Below are positions 7,725 to 15,700 of a stretch of 16,567 nucleotides of DNA, one piece after another. A program made the position numbers and the translations under genes. Numbering within the stretch: position 1 is the stretch's first letter; each line of letters opens with the position of its first letter. The stretch is from an uncultured archaeon (lineage in GTDB: Archaea > Altiarchaeota > Altiarchaeia > IMC4 > SCGC-AAA252-I15). The DNA lies in assembly GCA_902384455.1 (NCBI GenBank), contig CABMCB010000042.1:1-16567 (forward strand), in the 5' to 3' direction. A model generated the notes under the pieces. It made no database searches, was not told the DNA's origin, and saw only the letters and a list, made by a program, of their open reading frames with translations.

Positions 7725-8126
7725 CTATGGAGCGCTCAGGAAATTTTGGATTGGCTGAGCCATGGGCTGGATTATTGCTGAAACCCCAAATGAGGGGAAA
7801 GGGATATTTTTCAGGTAACCAGAGATTTGGTCGAATAGCGGTAAGCCCATGATAACCAACAGAGTTACAAAGACTACCACTAAGGAGAGAATCACACGAA
7901 CGCCAAAATGCTTTGTTAACACGCAGACAAAACAGATAGCGCCAAACATTCCGAAAAGTAAACCGATTATGCGGACGCCGTATGCGAAGTCATGAATTGA
8001 ACTGCCAAAAATAGGCACTTTTGTTGCTAAGTCAGCTACGCCTTGTATTGATGAAAAAAAGGAGAGTACTACGTAGGATATGGCGAATAGTAGTACGCTT
8101 GCGATTAGGTACAGTAGTCGATTCAA
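7725..8126 (-). CDS. Small multi-pass membrane protein (about 3 TM)
   Basis: 133 aa hydrophobic; TTG start 1 nt after the upstream stop. Confidence 0.8.
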   Translation of the reverse strand: MNRLLYLIASVLLFAISYVVLSFFSSIQGVADLATKVPIFGSSIHDFAYGVRIIGLLFGMFGAICFVCVLTKHFGVRVILSLVVVFVTLLVIMGLPLFDQISGYLKNIPFPSFGVSAIIQPMAQPIQNFLSAP

Positions 8127-8127
8127 C

Positions 8128-8583
8128 TTATCGCTTACCTTTGAACAGTAGTATGGCTAACATTGCAATGGCGACGATTGTTACGATTATGGCTTCAGGG
8201 TTTGTTTGTATCCATTCTGAGGACCCGCCAGCATAGTATGCGTTGAGGCTTGCAGTGTGGTCGAGCATTGGTGTCAAGACGAACATGTTGCTGTAGTCCA
8301 TGGCAATTCCAGCCAGTAACCCCAAGAACGGGATTAAGCCAAGCATGATGCCCATGAACGGGTATTTTTGCAGTGGCATAGCGCCTGTTTTAATGATTGC
8401 AAAGACAATGACGACGAGCGGGAAGCAAATGATGAGTCCAGTTAGCAGGTGCATCGTTGAAAGTATCGCTAATCCTACGATAGAGAGTATGATGGCGACA
8501 ACACCGATGCCAAGGGCAATTATCGGGTTATCCATCAGGAACCCTATGAATCCAGACCGGGCTACGTTTTTTGCGATTTCCAT
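8128..8583 (-). CDS. Multi-pass membrane protein (about 4 TM, basic tail KGKR); candidate envelope/matrix protein
   Basis: ATG8583 is 2 nt after the upstream stop and has a GAGGT SD; 151 aa. Confidence 0.8.
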   Translation of the reverse strand: MEIAKNVARSGFIGFLMDNPIIALGIGVVAIILSIVGLAILSTMHLLTGLIICFPLVVIVFAIIKTGAMPLQKYPFMGIMLGLIPFLGLLAGIAMDYSNMFVLTPMLDHTASLNAYYAGGSSEWIQTNPEAIIVTIVAIAMLAILLFKGKR

Positions 8584-8585
8584 TT

Positions 8586-9848
8586 TTAATGACCTCGTTT
8601 CTTGTAGGCGTAGTAGACGCCGATTGATAGGATGGAGACACCGACTACAATGATGAGTAACCAGAGGATTGTACTCCATGGAATAACTGTTGTGACAGGT
8701 GGTTGACTCTTTGGTACGCCGGGGTTGCTTGGCTCTGCGGGGATTTCAATGTTAAGGTTTTGTTGCTCTTCTGGGGGTAGCTCGTAGTTGGGAATCTTGG
8801 GTACTGTCCAGCCTTTTGGTGTTTGGAATGCTAGGTCAACTCTGAACCATTGGTCGACGACGGGTGCAGTGCCATCGCCGTATTTTTCATGTGCCCAGCT
8901 AAAGTAGTTAGGTCCAGCTTTTGAGGTATCGAAAACTAATTGTACGCCTAAGTTTGCGATGTTGACTTGCCACCATGCGTTTTGAACTGCAAAGTGGTTA
9001 AACCAATATTGCTGTGTCGGCGTTAGGAGAGGTTGTCCGCTTTGGTATTTTGGTGCCCAGCATTGTTGTTGGAGTGTTGCGTCTGTGTAGAGCGAAACTG
9101 ATGTACCTTTGGAGTTTGGTAGGATTTGTGCGCCGGTTCCAGCGGTGTAACCTGCCATTTTGTAGTCAGAGAGCCACATGCCCATGATTCCTAAGTAATC
9201 AGGGTTAAGGGAGTATGCTTGGTCTTGTCCGAGTGTTGGAGCGTTCATGCTTAGGAGAATCTTTGCGTTTGTGAGATAGTTCTTGTTGAAGTCTTGAATG
9301 GCGATGTTTGTGGCTTGTTTGACTAGGTCGTCATAGCTAGGGGTTCCGGGTGGGACTAAAGTGTCAATGCGAGAATCTTCGACGTTTATGTTGGCTGAGC
9401 CAGACCATTGTGTTTCTAGCTTAAAGCCATAGCCGTATGTTTGGATTGAGACGTTTTGGTACTGTGTTTCAGTGTCCGTATCTTTGACGACAAAATTGGG
9501 CGATTGGATGGTTGTCTCATATTGCGGAGAAGCTAAGTCGGTTACTTGCATGCTAACTTGAAGGGTTACATGGAGTCTCAGGTGGACATAACGTTGTTGT
9601 CCAAAGACGTTACTCCATTTTGATTCAGCTACTGCGGAAGTGTAGTCAAGAGTTGTGATAGTGCCGTATGCGCTGTTGACGGTGACAGACTTGACATCAG
9701 GTGCATTTTCCGTGAAGGATTGAATAGTGATGCCGGGTATGCCATATCCAGAATAGAATGCGCCTTGTTGGCTGGCAAGTAGCACAGTGGCAACAAGGGC
9801 TATGGTGACGACGATTAAAATGTTTCGTTTTCGGGGCGTTAACTGCAT
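8586..9848 (-). CDS. Surface/spike-like protein: N-terminal signal, beta-rich ectodomain, Pro-rich stalk, C-terminal TM plus KKRGH
   Basis: 420 aa; MQLTPRKRNILIVVTIALVATVLLA; VIPWSTILWLLIIVVGVSILSIGVYYAYKKRGH; TAATG overlap with the protease gene; GGTGA SD. Confidence 0.85.
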   Translation of the reverse strand: MQLTPRKRNILIVVTIALVATVLLASQQGAFYSGYGIPGITIQSFTENAPDVKSVTVNSAYGTITTLDYTSAVAESKWSNVFGQQRYVHLRLHVTLQVSMQVTDLASPQYETTIQSPNFVVKDTDTETQYQNVSIQTYGYGFKLETQWSGSANINVEDSRIDTLVPPGTPSYDDLVKQATNIAIQDFNKNYLTNAKILLSMNAPTLGQDQAYSLNPDYLGIMGMWLSDYKMAGYTAGTGAQILPNSKGTSVSLYTDATLQQQCWAPKYQSGQPLLTPTQQYWFNHFAVQNAWWQVNIANLGVQLVFDTSKAGPNYFSWAHEKYGDGTAPVVDQWFRVDLAFQTPKGWTVPKIPNYELPPEEQQNLNIEIPAEPSNPGVPKSQPPVTTVIPWSTILWLLIIVVGVSILSIGVYYAYKKRGH

Positions 9849-10549
9849 TAGACTCTCACCTGATATTTAGATTTACTTAGCGCATATCCGCTTATAAAGA
9901 CTATACAAAAAATTATTACGTATAGCCAGACGTTCATGTAGCCGAAGGCTAAGTAATCATAAGCAAAGTGGGCAACTATCAATCCTGTGAAACAGTTGAA
10001 GACGTAAATCATTACGCTGAAGAGAACACCCACCACTATCGCGTTTATCCAATCGCTGGGGTTCCAGAACAGGTGCATCGCGGCGAATCCGATACCACTG
10101 GCGCCAATAGCCACTTTTGGCGAGCCAAATCCCACCGCAAACAGGAAGTAGATTGCGATACGGAGAAGTTCTTCGCATGCCGTCCCGATGAAGATAATAC
10201 CGGGTGTTGGTGCGGCGGCTGATGAAGAGTAAAAGCCAGTTCTCAAAACAGTCAATATAATGGGAAGACCCATAATGAGAGAGGGCGCGGCGGCTTCCTG
10301 AAGGAAGTTTCCTATTTTCAGAGCACCAAAATCGTAGCTATCTGTACGGAACATCAGCAAAAGCATGATTACGGTGAGGATAGCACCACCTATGCCATAG
10401 AGAAGATGAATGTCTGTGATGTGTGTTAAGTCAGTGTAAGGAGCAAACTTGTCGTACCTCTTGTAAGCTAGAAATACGATGACAAACATGACGACGAGAT
10501 ATTCCCATTCGACGTGAACCTTATAGCCAGCCATATGTTTACCGCTCAC
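9848..10549 (-). CDS. CPBP (type II CAAX/Rce1/Abi-like) intramembrane glutamic protease (possible start ATG 10534)
   Basis: EELLR, FAAMH and HFAYD motifs in order within a polytopic membrane protein. Confidence 0.8.
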   Translation of the reverse strand: MSGKHMAGYKVHVEWEYLVVMFVIVFLAYKRYDKFAPYTDLTHITDIHLLYGIGGAILTVIMLLLMFRTDSYDFGALKIGNFLQEAAAPSLIMGLPIILTVLRTGFYSSSAAAPTPGIIFIGTACEELLRIAIYFLFAVGFGSPKVAIGASGIGFAAMHLFWNPSDWINAIVVGVLFSVMIYVFNCFTGLIVAHFAYDYLAFGYMNVWLYVIIFCIVFISGYALSKSKYQVRV

Positions 10550-10595
10550 TCAAGTTATTTTTTGGAAAGAGGGGGTAGAAGGAATGTAGCGGTTG

Positions 10596-12356
10596 CTACT
10601 TCTTTCGTCTTGTTGCCACAATTGCGGCTAAGACTGCACCGAGAGCTAAGACGCCAATTAGACCGTAGATGTAGACATCAGGTAGCAGGTAGAACGGTGT
10701 GTTGGTGTAGGGGTTGATGGCTTGACCGTTTTGTTGTGGTTGACTGTTGACGCCGGTGTCGATTACGTCGTTGCTGTTTGTGGCGATTGTTGCGTAGAAG
10801 TTGCCGTCGTTTTCTACTGTGAAGTCAACGAGTTTGATTTGCGTGCCAGCGTTGAATGTTGAGTGATATTGACCGTCGAGTAGCATTGCTGTGCCGTATC
10901 CGTTGCTGATTGGAACGTTGATGCTTTCTTTTGCAGAGGTTAGCGTTATGGCACCGCTTGGGAATGAACCGTCTGATGCGTTGACGTTGAAGGTCCAGAA
11001 GAATCGGCGACTGATTGTGAGTGTTTGTGATGCGCTGTCGCTTACTGAGAAGGTCTTGGATGCAGAGTATGTTTCTGTGCCGACTTTGACTGTTGCAGTT
11101 AGTGTTATGGGGAAGTCTTTGTCGCGTTCATCGAAAGTGAATTCGTGGGTGTATGTTCCTTCAGGTGCTGAGATGCCGGTTAGTAGTTGTGGAGCGGTGC
11201 CTACGAAGTTGTAGGGAGTTGTTTCGGTTAGTGTTGCTGGGAGTGAGTGTCCTTTTTGGTCGACTATGTTGTAGATGACTGAGTCAGACATTGAGTGATA
11301 GACAGGTGCCGGTGTTGGAGTTGCAGGGTCTTGTGTTGGAGCTTGTGTTGGCGCGGCTGTCGGTGCGGCGGTAGGTTCAGTGTTGCCGTTGTCTGGTGGT
11401 GGTGTTGGGTTGTCAACTGGCGGGTGCCATGCAGGCGGAGGGGTTGGTGTTGCCATTCCCGGAGGCATGTCGAATAGATAGGTCTTTGCTTGGTCAGCAT
11501 TTAAAGTGACAGAATCGCTTCGTGTAACACCACCGACTGTTACGCTGATTTGGTAGGTGTAGCCACCCGGTAATTGCAGTGCGGCAAGACCATTTGCGTC
11601 AGTATAAATTGGTTGTGCGCTGGGGTAGTTGTCGAAGGTAACTTTGGCATTTTGGATTGTTGGACCACCAGTGTAGCGAGCATAGATTTTGAGGTCGTAA
11701 ACAGTTAACGAATATTGGATGTTCAATGTGGCTTGACCGTTCAGCCAAGCACGTTGACCCGTCATTTTCTGTTGTGAATTGTAACCCGAGTCAGGTTGTA
11801 CAACGAATGTTACGACTTTGTCACCCTTCAGGTGGTTGTTAATTGTACTGAGTCCCGCGCTGTACGAGCTTGGAAAACTAAGAGTGCCAGAAGAACCCGA
11901 GCCGTAAACGTGAGACGAAGTGAACCCAATACCCGGATAAGGTTTGTTACTCCAAGTTACGCCATTTTGAGACCAACTATTATCGTCGGTCATTGCACAG
12001 GTATAATATGCCTGCCCGGTAGACCCGGTAAGAGGCACATTAAGAGTGGCGCTAGTGACAGTAGCACCCGCGGGTAACCATGAGAGGTCAAATTTGTAGT
12101 AACACCAGATGTCTGATGTTGTAGCGGTCAAAAGGTTCCAATCAATCTGTTGACCTGCAATGGCTTGTCCACCATAGTTGTTATTCGAGTATTTGTTGTT
12201 CTCGACATACGCGACGGAACTCGAAGTGAAATTGTGACTTAGACCCAATGTAGCAAAGAAGCCTCCATTGAATCCAATTAAAACTGTAACGGTGATAATG
12301 ACCACTGCGGCAATACCTATGTACTTTTTCTTGCTTGACATATTTCGGGTGCACAC
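10596..12356 (-). CDS. Surface adhesin-like protein: signal, DNRLRE/CBM96-like domain, Ig/carboxypeptidase-regulatory-like domains, P/T linker, C-terminal TM plus RRKK (likely start ATG 12341)
   Basis: YYKFDLSWLPAGATVTSATLNV..WSQNGVTWSNKP; IQNAKVTF..TDANG..YQISVT; YGLIGVLALGAVLAAIVATRRKK. Confidence 0.85.
   Translation of the reverse strand: MCTRNMSSKKKYIGIAAVVIITVTVLIGFNGGFFATLGLSHNFTSSSVAYVENNKYSNNNYGGQAIAGQQIDWNLLTATTSDIWCYYKFDLSWLPAGATVTSATLNVPLTGSTGQAYYTCAMTDDNSWSQNGVTWSNKPYPGIGFTSSHVYGSGSSGTLSFPSSYSAGLSTINNHLKGDKVVTFVVQPDSGYNSQQKMTGQRAWLNGQATLNIQYSLTVYDLKIYARYTGGPTIQNAKVTFDNYPSAQPIYTDANGLAALQLPGGYTYQISVTVGGVTRSDSVTLNADQAKTYLFDMPPGMATPTPPPAWHPPVDNPTPPPDNGNTEPTAAPTAAPTQAPTQDPATPTPAPVYHSMSDSVIYNIVDQKGHSLPATLTETTPYNFVGTAPQLLTGISAPEGTYTHEFTFDERDKDFPITLTATVKVGTETYSASKTFSVSDSASQTLTISRRFFWTFNVNASDGSFPSGAITLTSAKESINVPISNGYGTAMLLDGQYHSTFNAGTQIKLVDFTVENDGNFYATIATNSNDVIDTGVNSQPQQNGQAINPYTNTPFYLLPDVYIYGLIGVLALGAVLAAIVATRRKK
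11305..11463 (-). repeat. Coding Pro/Thr-rich low-complexity linker with degenerate 12-nt repeats
   Basis: PTPPP..PTAAPTAAPTQAPTQDPATPTPAP. Confidence 0.8.
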
Positions 12357-12384
12357 CTTTGTTTTGGCGAAAGCAGGCAGAGGG

Positions 12385-12390
12385 AAAAAA
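12385..12390 (-). terminator. Oligo-T terminator after the 92-aa membrane protein gene
   Basis: A6 on + (T6 on -) within a pyrimidine-rich tract. Confidence 0.4.
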
Positions 12391-12427
12391 GGGTTAAGTA
12401 ATAGCGATGCGGTCAGTCGCTACTACT

Positions 12428-12706
12428 TCAATTCAGCTTTAGTTTTGATAGCCATATTGCAATCGGAACGATTACAGACCCTACAATCGCAAATACGAAG
12501 TAGGGTATCAGTGCGGTCAGCGTGAAGATGAACGTTGTGTCGCTTGTGAAAGCGATGATGAAGTCGATGAGTAGCGACAGTAGTGCGCTTATGAGGACAG
12601 CGATGACGGTGAAGAGTAGCGCATCTCGGTACTCTTTACCGTTTACGAGAACTTTGACCAGAGTGATGACTAAAGCTATGACTATTGGTAGCCATATTGT
12701 CATCAT
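12428..12706 (-). CDS. Very hydrophobic 92-aa membrane protein (about 3 TM)
   Basis: GGAG SD directly after the TAA at 12722-12724. Confidence 0.8.
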   Translation of the reverse strand: MMTIWLPIVIALVITLVKVLVNGKEYRDALLFTVIAVLISALLSLLIDFIIAFTSDTTFIFTLTALIPYFVFAIVGSVIVPIAIWLSKLKLN

Positions 12707-12721
12707 TGCGGTCTAGTCTCC

Positions 12722-13681
12722 TTACTCTTCGGTGATTGCGACTGTTATTGCACTGCCGATGAGTGTGTCTGGTGACCAGAAGCGTAGGTTAGTTCTCATG
12801 ATGCCAGAGTCAACGAAGAGCTTTGCTTGCAGTGAGCCTGCGTCAGTTACGCCGTTTGCTTGGATGTCGACGACGATTACGATTTGTCCGTTGTCTGATG
12901 CTGTTGCAACTACGCCGTTTGTGCCGGTGACTGCGATTTGTTAGCCAACTGGACCACTTGCAGATTCTGTGTTTTGTGTGACTGTTGCGTCTTCGCCGTT
13001 TACTGTTGCGCTAACGACAGAGAGTCCGCTGATGGATGATGGCATGTAGAAGATGCTGTCTGGTAGGACTGCGTCTGGTGCACTGCCGGGGTCTGAGATG
13101 TTGATTGTGTAAGTCAGTTTCCATTCGCTTGCGTTTGCAACGTTGATTTCGGCTGTAGTGACAGGTGTGAGTGCGGCGCCAGTTTCGTCAGCGATTGCTT
13201 TGATGGTTGGAGTGTCAGCATCGCCAGTTGAGTCAGCTAGAGTTGAGACGGATAGTGTGCCGGGTGTTGCCCAAACGGTTTTGCCGTCGTCATTTGTTCC
13301 GGGGATGTTTACTGTGAAGGTTTTTGGTAGGAATGCACTGTTTGTGCTGTAGACGAGGCAGACATAGCTTCCAGCGTCTAGCTGAGCTTGCCATGCGCCT
13401 GCGGTTGCGCTGTATGTTGCTTGGTCGGTTGGAGCGTCTTTGAAAGTCTTTGTACCAACGGGGTCTGTGCCAAGTGGGAAGAATTGAACCTTTGCGTTGT
13501 CTGTGACAAGCGAAGAGGTTGCAATGTTGTTAACTTTCAGGTTAACTGAAAGTCCCGTGTCATACTTGTAGACAGTAGTTGACCCGGTTGTTGGGGTTGC
13601 GTAGTAGTAGTTTGCGGCTAATGCCACAATTACGATTGCGATTAAAGCTATGACCACATATACGACTTTTTTGTTTGCCAT
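12722..13681 (-). CDS. Signal-anchored, T/A/S/V-rich putative major surface/virion protein of 319 codons with one in-frame TAA (12941-12943): readthrough, nonsense mutation or sequencing error
   Basis: After ..SGPVG* the same frame continues for 72 codons (QIAVTGTNGVVATASDNG..SAITVAITEE*) with the same composition, ending exactly at the SD of the next gene. Confidence 0.8.
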
Positions 13682-13722
13682 TTTTTCGAGCCTTCTTTCT
13701 GGCTACCTATTGCTTGGTTTTG

Positions 13723-13730
13723 TTTATAAA
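13723..13730 (-). promoter_or_regulatory. TATA box TTTATAAA for the structural operon
   Basis: Consensus archaeal TATA box about 40 nt upstream of ATG13681. Confidence 0.6.
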
Positions 13731-13795
13731 TTCATGCCCGTCTAATCAGCGAGCAAGGGCTTGAAACCTGTTAGAAGGGTATCTAACGCATGGTC

Positions 13796-14218
13796 TTACC
13801 ATGCTTTTTTGATTTCTCGGACCACTAAAATGGCGCCCGCCGCACATGCCGAGACAACAAGTGTGAGCGTTAGCAGGTTCCCAACAGGCAAAATTGCGAC
13901 TAGGGAAATAAGAAGGAAAATACAGAGAAAAGGCATCCATTGAATAATGGCACGTTCCAACTGACTTTTTAGCCCACGAGCAACACTTACGCGAACAATC
14001 TCTTTAACAACGTAGTTGCCAAAAGCATCTTTTTGGACCAAATAAGCGCCGATAAGACGGTCGCAGTGGTGAAGAACCGTGGGTTTAGTTAGCTTAAGCT
14101 CACCCGCAAGCTTTTCGAGAGCTAACCCGGTTGAGTTATGCTTCATGAGACATTCATAGACCCGTGAAGTCTCAGGAGTAAGTACTTTCAGTATCTTCTC
14201 ATCGTCTGCGTTTAGCAT
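13796..14218 (-). CDS. Membrane-tethered winged-HTH regulator (N-terminal wHTH plus 2 TM)
   Basis: TSRVYECLMKH..LEKLAGELKLTKPTVLHHCDRLIGAYLVQKDAFGNY; two C-terminal hydrophobic helices. Confidence 0.8.
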   Translation of the reverse strand: MLNADDEKILKVLTPETSRVYECLMKHNSTGLALEKLAGELKLTKPTVLHHCDRLIGAYLVQKDAFGNYVVKEIVRVSVARGLKSQLERAIIQWMPFLCIFLLISLVAILPVGNLLTLTLVVSACAAGAILVVREIKKAW

Positions 14219-14261
14219 ACATTCCCCTCAACCGTTAGGCTCGCCAGTTAGTGAAAAACAC

Positions 14262-14468
14262 TTAAACGGGCGACTGAACGCGCAATGCTTCATGTATTTT
14301 CTGGTAGACTTCAGGCTTTATGGTTACGAAGTTATTCTCAAGCTTCAGGTTGCCGTCTAGCCCCATAGTCGCATTGTAAACGTTACCGTCAGGTGTTTTG
14401 CAGACGAATTTCTTTGACCCATCTTCCGAGGTCCCGGTTTGTGTGCATTCTGTTTTCTTATCAAACAT
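14262..14468 (-). CDS. Small hypothetical protein
   Basis: 68 aa; AGGTGA SD and its own TATA box. Confidence 0.7.
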   Translation of the reverse strand: MFDKKTECTQTGTSEDGSKKFVCKTPDGNVYNATMGLDGNLKLENNFVTIKPEVYQKIHEALRVQSPV

Positions 14469-14484
14469 TTAACTATTCACCTAC

Positions 14485-14520
14485 GTCTTGTTTGCTCGGT
14501 TTAGCTATAAAAAATTTTTG
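14485..14520 (-). promoter_or_regulatory. BRE/TATA promoter, copy 1 of a shared motif
   Basis: CAAAAATTTTTTATA-N11-CAAACAAGAC on the - strand. Confidence 0.65.
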
Positions 14521-14534
14521 GATGAATTGATGGT

Positions 14535-14777
14535 CTACCGAATAGGTTTGCGCTTGAGAGCAAACATGCCGTTGTTGGTTACAACGGGAGACCAGAAATC
14601 TGCCGGATTGAACTGAAATTCGTCTGTGGCTCGCACATTGACAAATTCAAGGTCCATCTTTTCGTGGGAATCAGCGAGATTAAGAGTACAGGTTACACCT
14701 GAGAGGACAGGGACCCCGGAGTCTAATTCAGTTACGAATGTTTTGCAAGTCACTTCAGCTTTATGATGGTTTGACAT
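14535..14777 (-). CDS. Small beta-rich hypothetical protein
   Basis: AGGTG SD 6 nt before ATG14777; 80 aa. Confidence 0.7.
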   Translation of the reverse strand: MSNHHKAEVTCKTFVTELDSGVPVLSGVTCTLNLADSHEKMDLEFVNVRATDEFQFNPADFWSPVVTNNGMFALKRKPIR

Positions 14778-14814
14778 AGTGTGCACCTATAGGCGTTTGA
14801 CCTGCGTAAAAATG

Positions 14815-14846
14815 AAAAAAAAAGAAAAAGTTGAGGTTTTTCTTTT
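14815..14846 (-). terminator. A/T inverted repeat with long U-run; probable terminator
   Basis: AAAAGAAAAA(14820-14829)-gttgagg-TTTTTCTTTT(14837-14846), a perfect 10-bp inverted repeat. Confidence 0.55.
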
Positions 14847-14900
14847 GTTAACGTGACGTTTGTGGTGGAATTAAAGAGGGGGAAGGTGAGAGCGGCGTGT

Positions 14901-15101
14901 TTAGAGGTTTTCTCTCATGCACTGAGAGAACTCGGCACGGTTGCCTGCTTTGCCTTTGCAAGTCTGGACTGCTTTGCCAAACTTTTCGCGTTGGGCGACT
15001 GATTTGTCATCCATGGCTTTCTTGTTGGTTGGGGGACGGAATGCTAGTTTTCCTTTTGCTGTCACGTATGGTTTGAAGATTTTTATGACTGGAGTTGGCA
15101 T
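14901..15101 (-). CDS. Small basic protein; candidate nucleoprotein/DNA-binding protein
   Basis: 66 aa with 15 K/R versus 5 D/E; AAGGAG SD; flanked by non-coding gaps and terminators, so likely monocistronic. Confidence 0.75.
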   Translation of the reverse strand: MPTPVIKIFKPYVTAKGKLAFRPPTNKKAMDDKSVAQREKFGKAVQTCKGKAGNRAEFSQCMRENL

Positions 15102-15209
15102 GTTTTTTTTGCTCCTTGATTTGTTTTTTGGGTTTTCCCTTTGATAACAGAGTTAAGCGATTTACCTTTTAAGGCTTATTCAAGGATTTTTTATACATTG
15201 AAAAAAAGT

Positions 15210-15641
15210 TCATGCTGGAATCGTGGGAACGGCTTGTTTTGCCCCCGCGACTAGACTTTCAACGCAAGTCATCGAGGGGTTTTTGTGGCATGTTCGAACC
15301 TTATCGCAAATCAAAAGACTCGTAAATTCGCCGATGCATAAGCAAAGTGGCGGGCTTTGATTGAGCTTGTAAACACCCGGTACGAGCGAGTATTTGGAGA
15401 TGTTGGCACCGTTTTCCTTTGTAATGAAGGGGCGTTCTGCCAGTTTTTTCAGGTAGTAGAATACATGTTGTGGTGACAGTGTAGGAATGTCTCGGCTTCT
15501 TCGTTGCTTGTTGACTTCAGTTACAAGGTCCTTTAAGGGAACCTTTGCTTGCCCGCGGTGCTTGAGTTCTAGGAATGCGTTCAAAACTTCGTATTCAATC
15601 GGATTCATTGATTCTAGCAGTTCGGCAGTCATATTTATCAC
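15210..15641 (-). CDS. Winged-HTH transcription regulator with C-terminal Cys cluster (likely start ATG 15632)
   Basis: EYEVLNAF..LKDLVTEVN..LSPQHVFYYLKKLAERPFITK..KYSL; T7 run after the stop. Confidence 0.8.
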   Translation of the reverse strand: MINMTAELLESMNPIEYEVLNAFLELKHRGQAKVPLKDLVTEVNKQRRSRDIPTLSPQHVFYYLKKLAERPFITKENGANISKYSLVPGVYKLNQSPPLCLCIGEFTSLLICDKVRTCHKNPSMTCVESLVAGAKQAVPTIPA

Positions 15642-15642
15642 T

Positions 15643-15678
15643 GACTTGTTTGATGACTCTTAATATAAAAAACTTTTG
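15643..15678 (-). promoter_or_regulatory. BRE/TATA promoter, copy 2 of a shared motif
   Basis: CAAAAGTTTTTTATA-N11-CAAACAAGTC on the - strand. Confidence 0.65.
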
Positions 15679-15700
15679 AATGTACTTATAAAAAGGAGCG

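Noticed and set aside
8584-8679. N-terminal extension of the ORF ending at 8128
   Set aside because: It overlaps the upstream gene; SD and spacing favour ATG8583
12428-12706. Spindle-shaped virus major capsid protein or holin call
   Set aside because: Hydrophobicity alone is not enough; it shows three segments rather than the two-helix hairpin, and no motif was recognised
12732-12944. 70-aa + strand ORF filling the apparent gap
   Set aside because: It is the antisense shadow of the in-frame continuation of the 13681 gene
15194-15684. Imperfect 11-bp inverted repeat (TACATTGAAAA / TTTTGAATGTA) flanking the wHTH gene
   Set aside because: Short, AT-rich and overlapping promoter/terminator tracts; no target duplication or transposase
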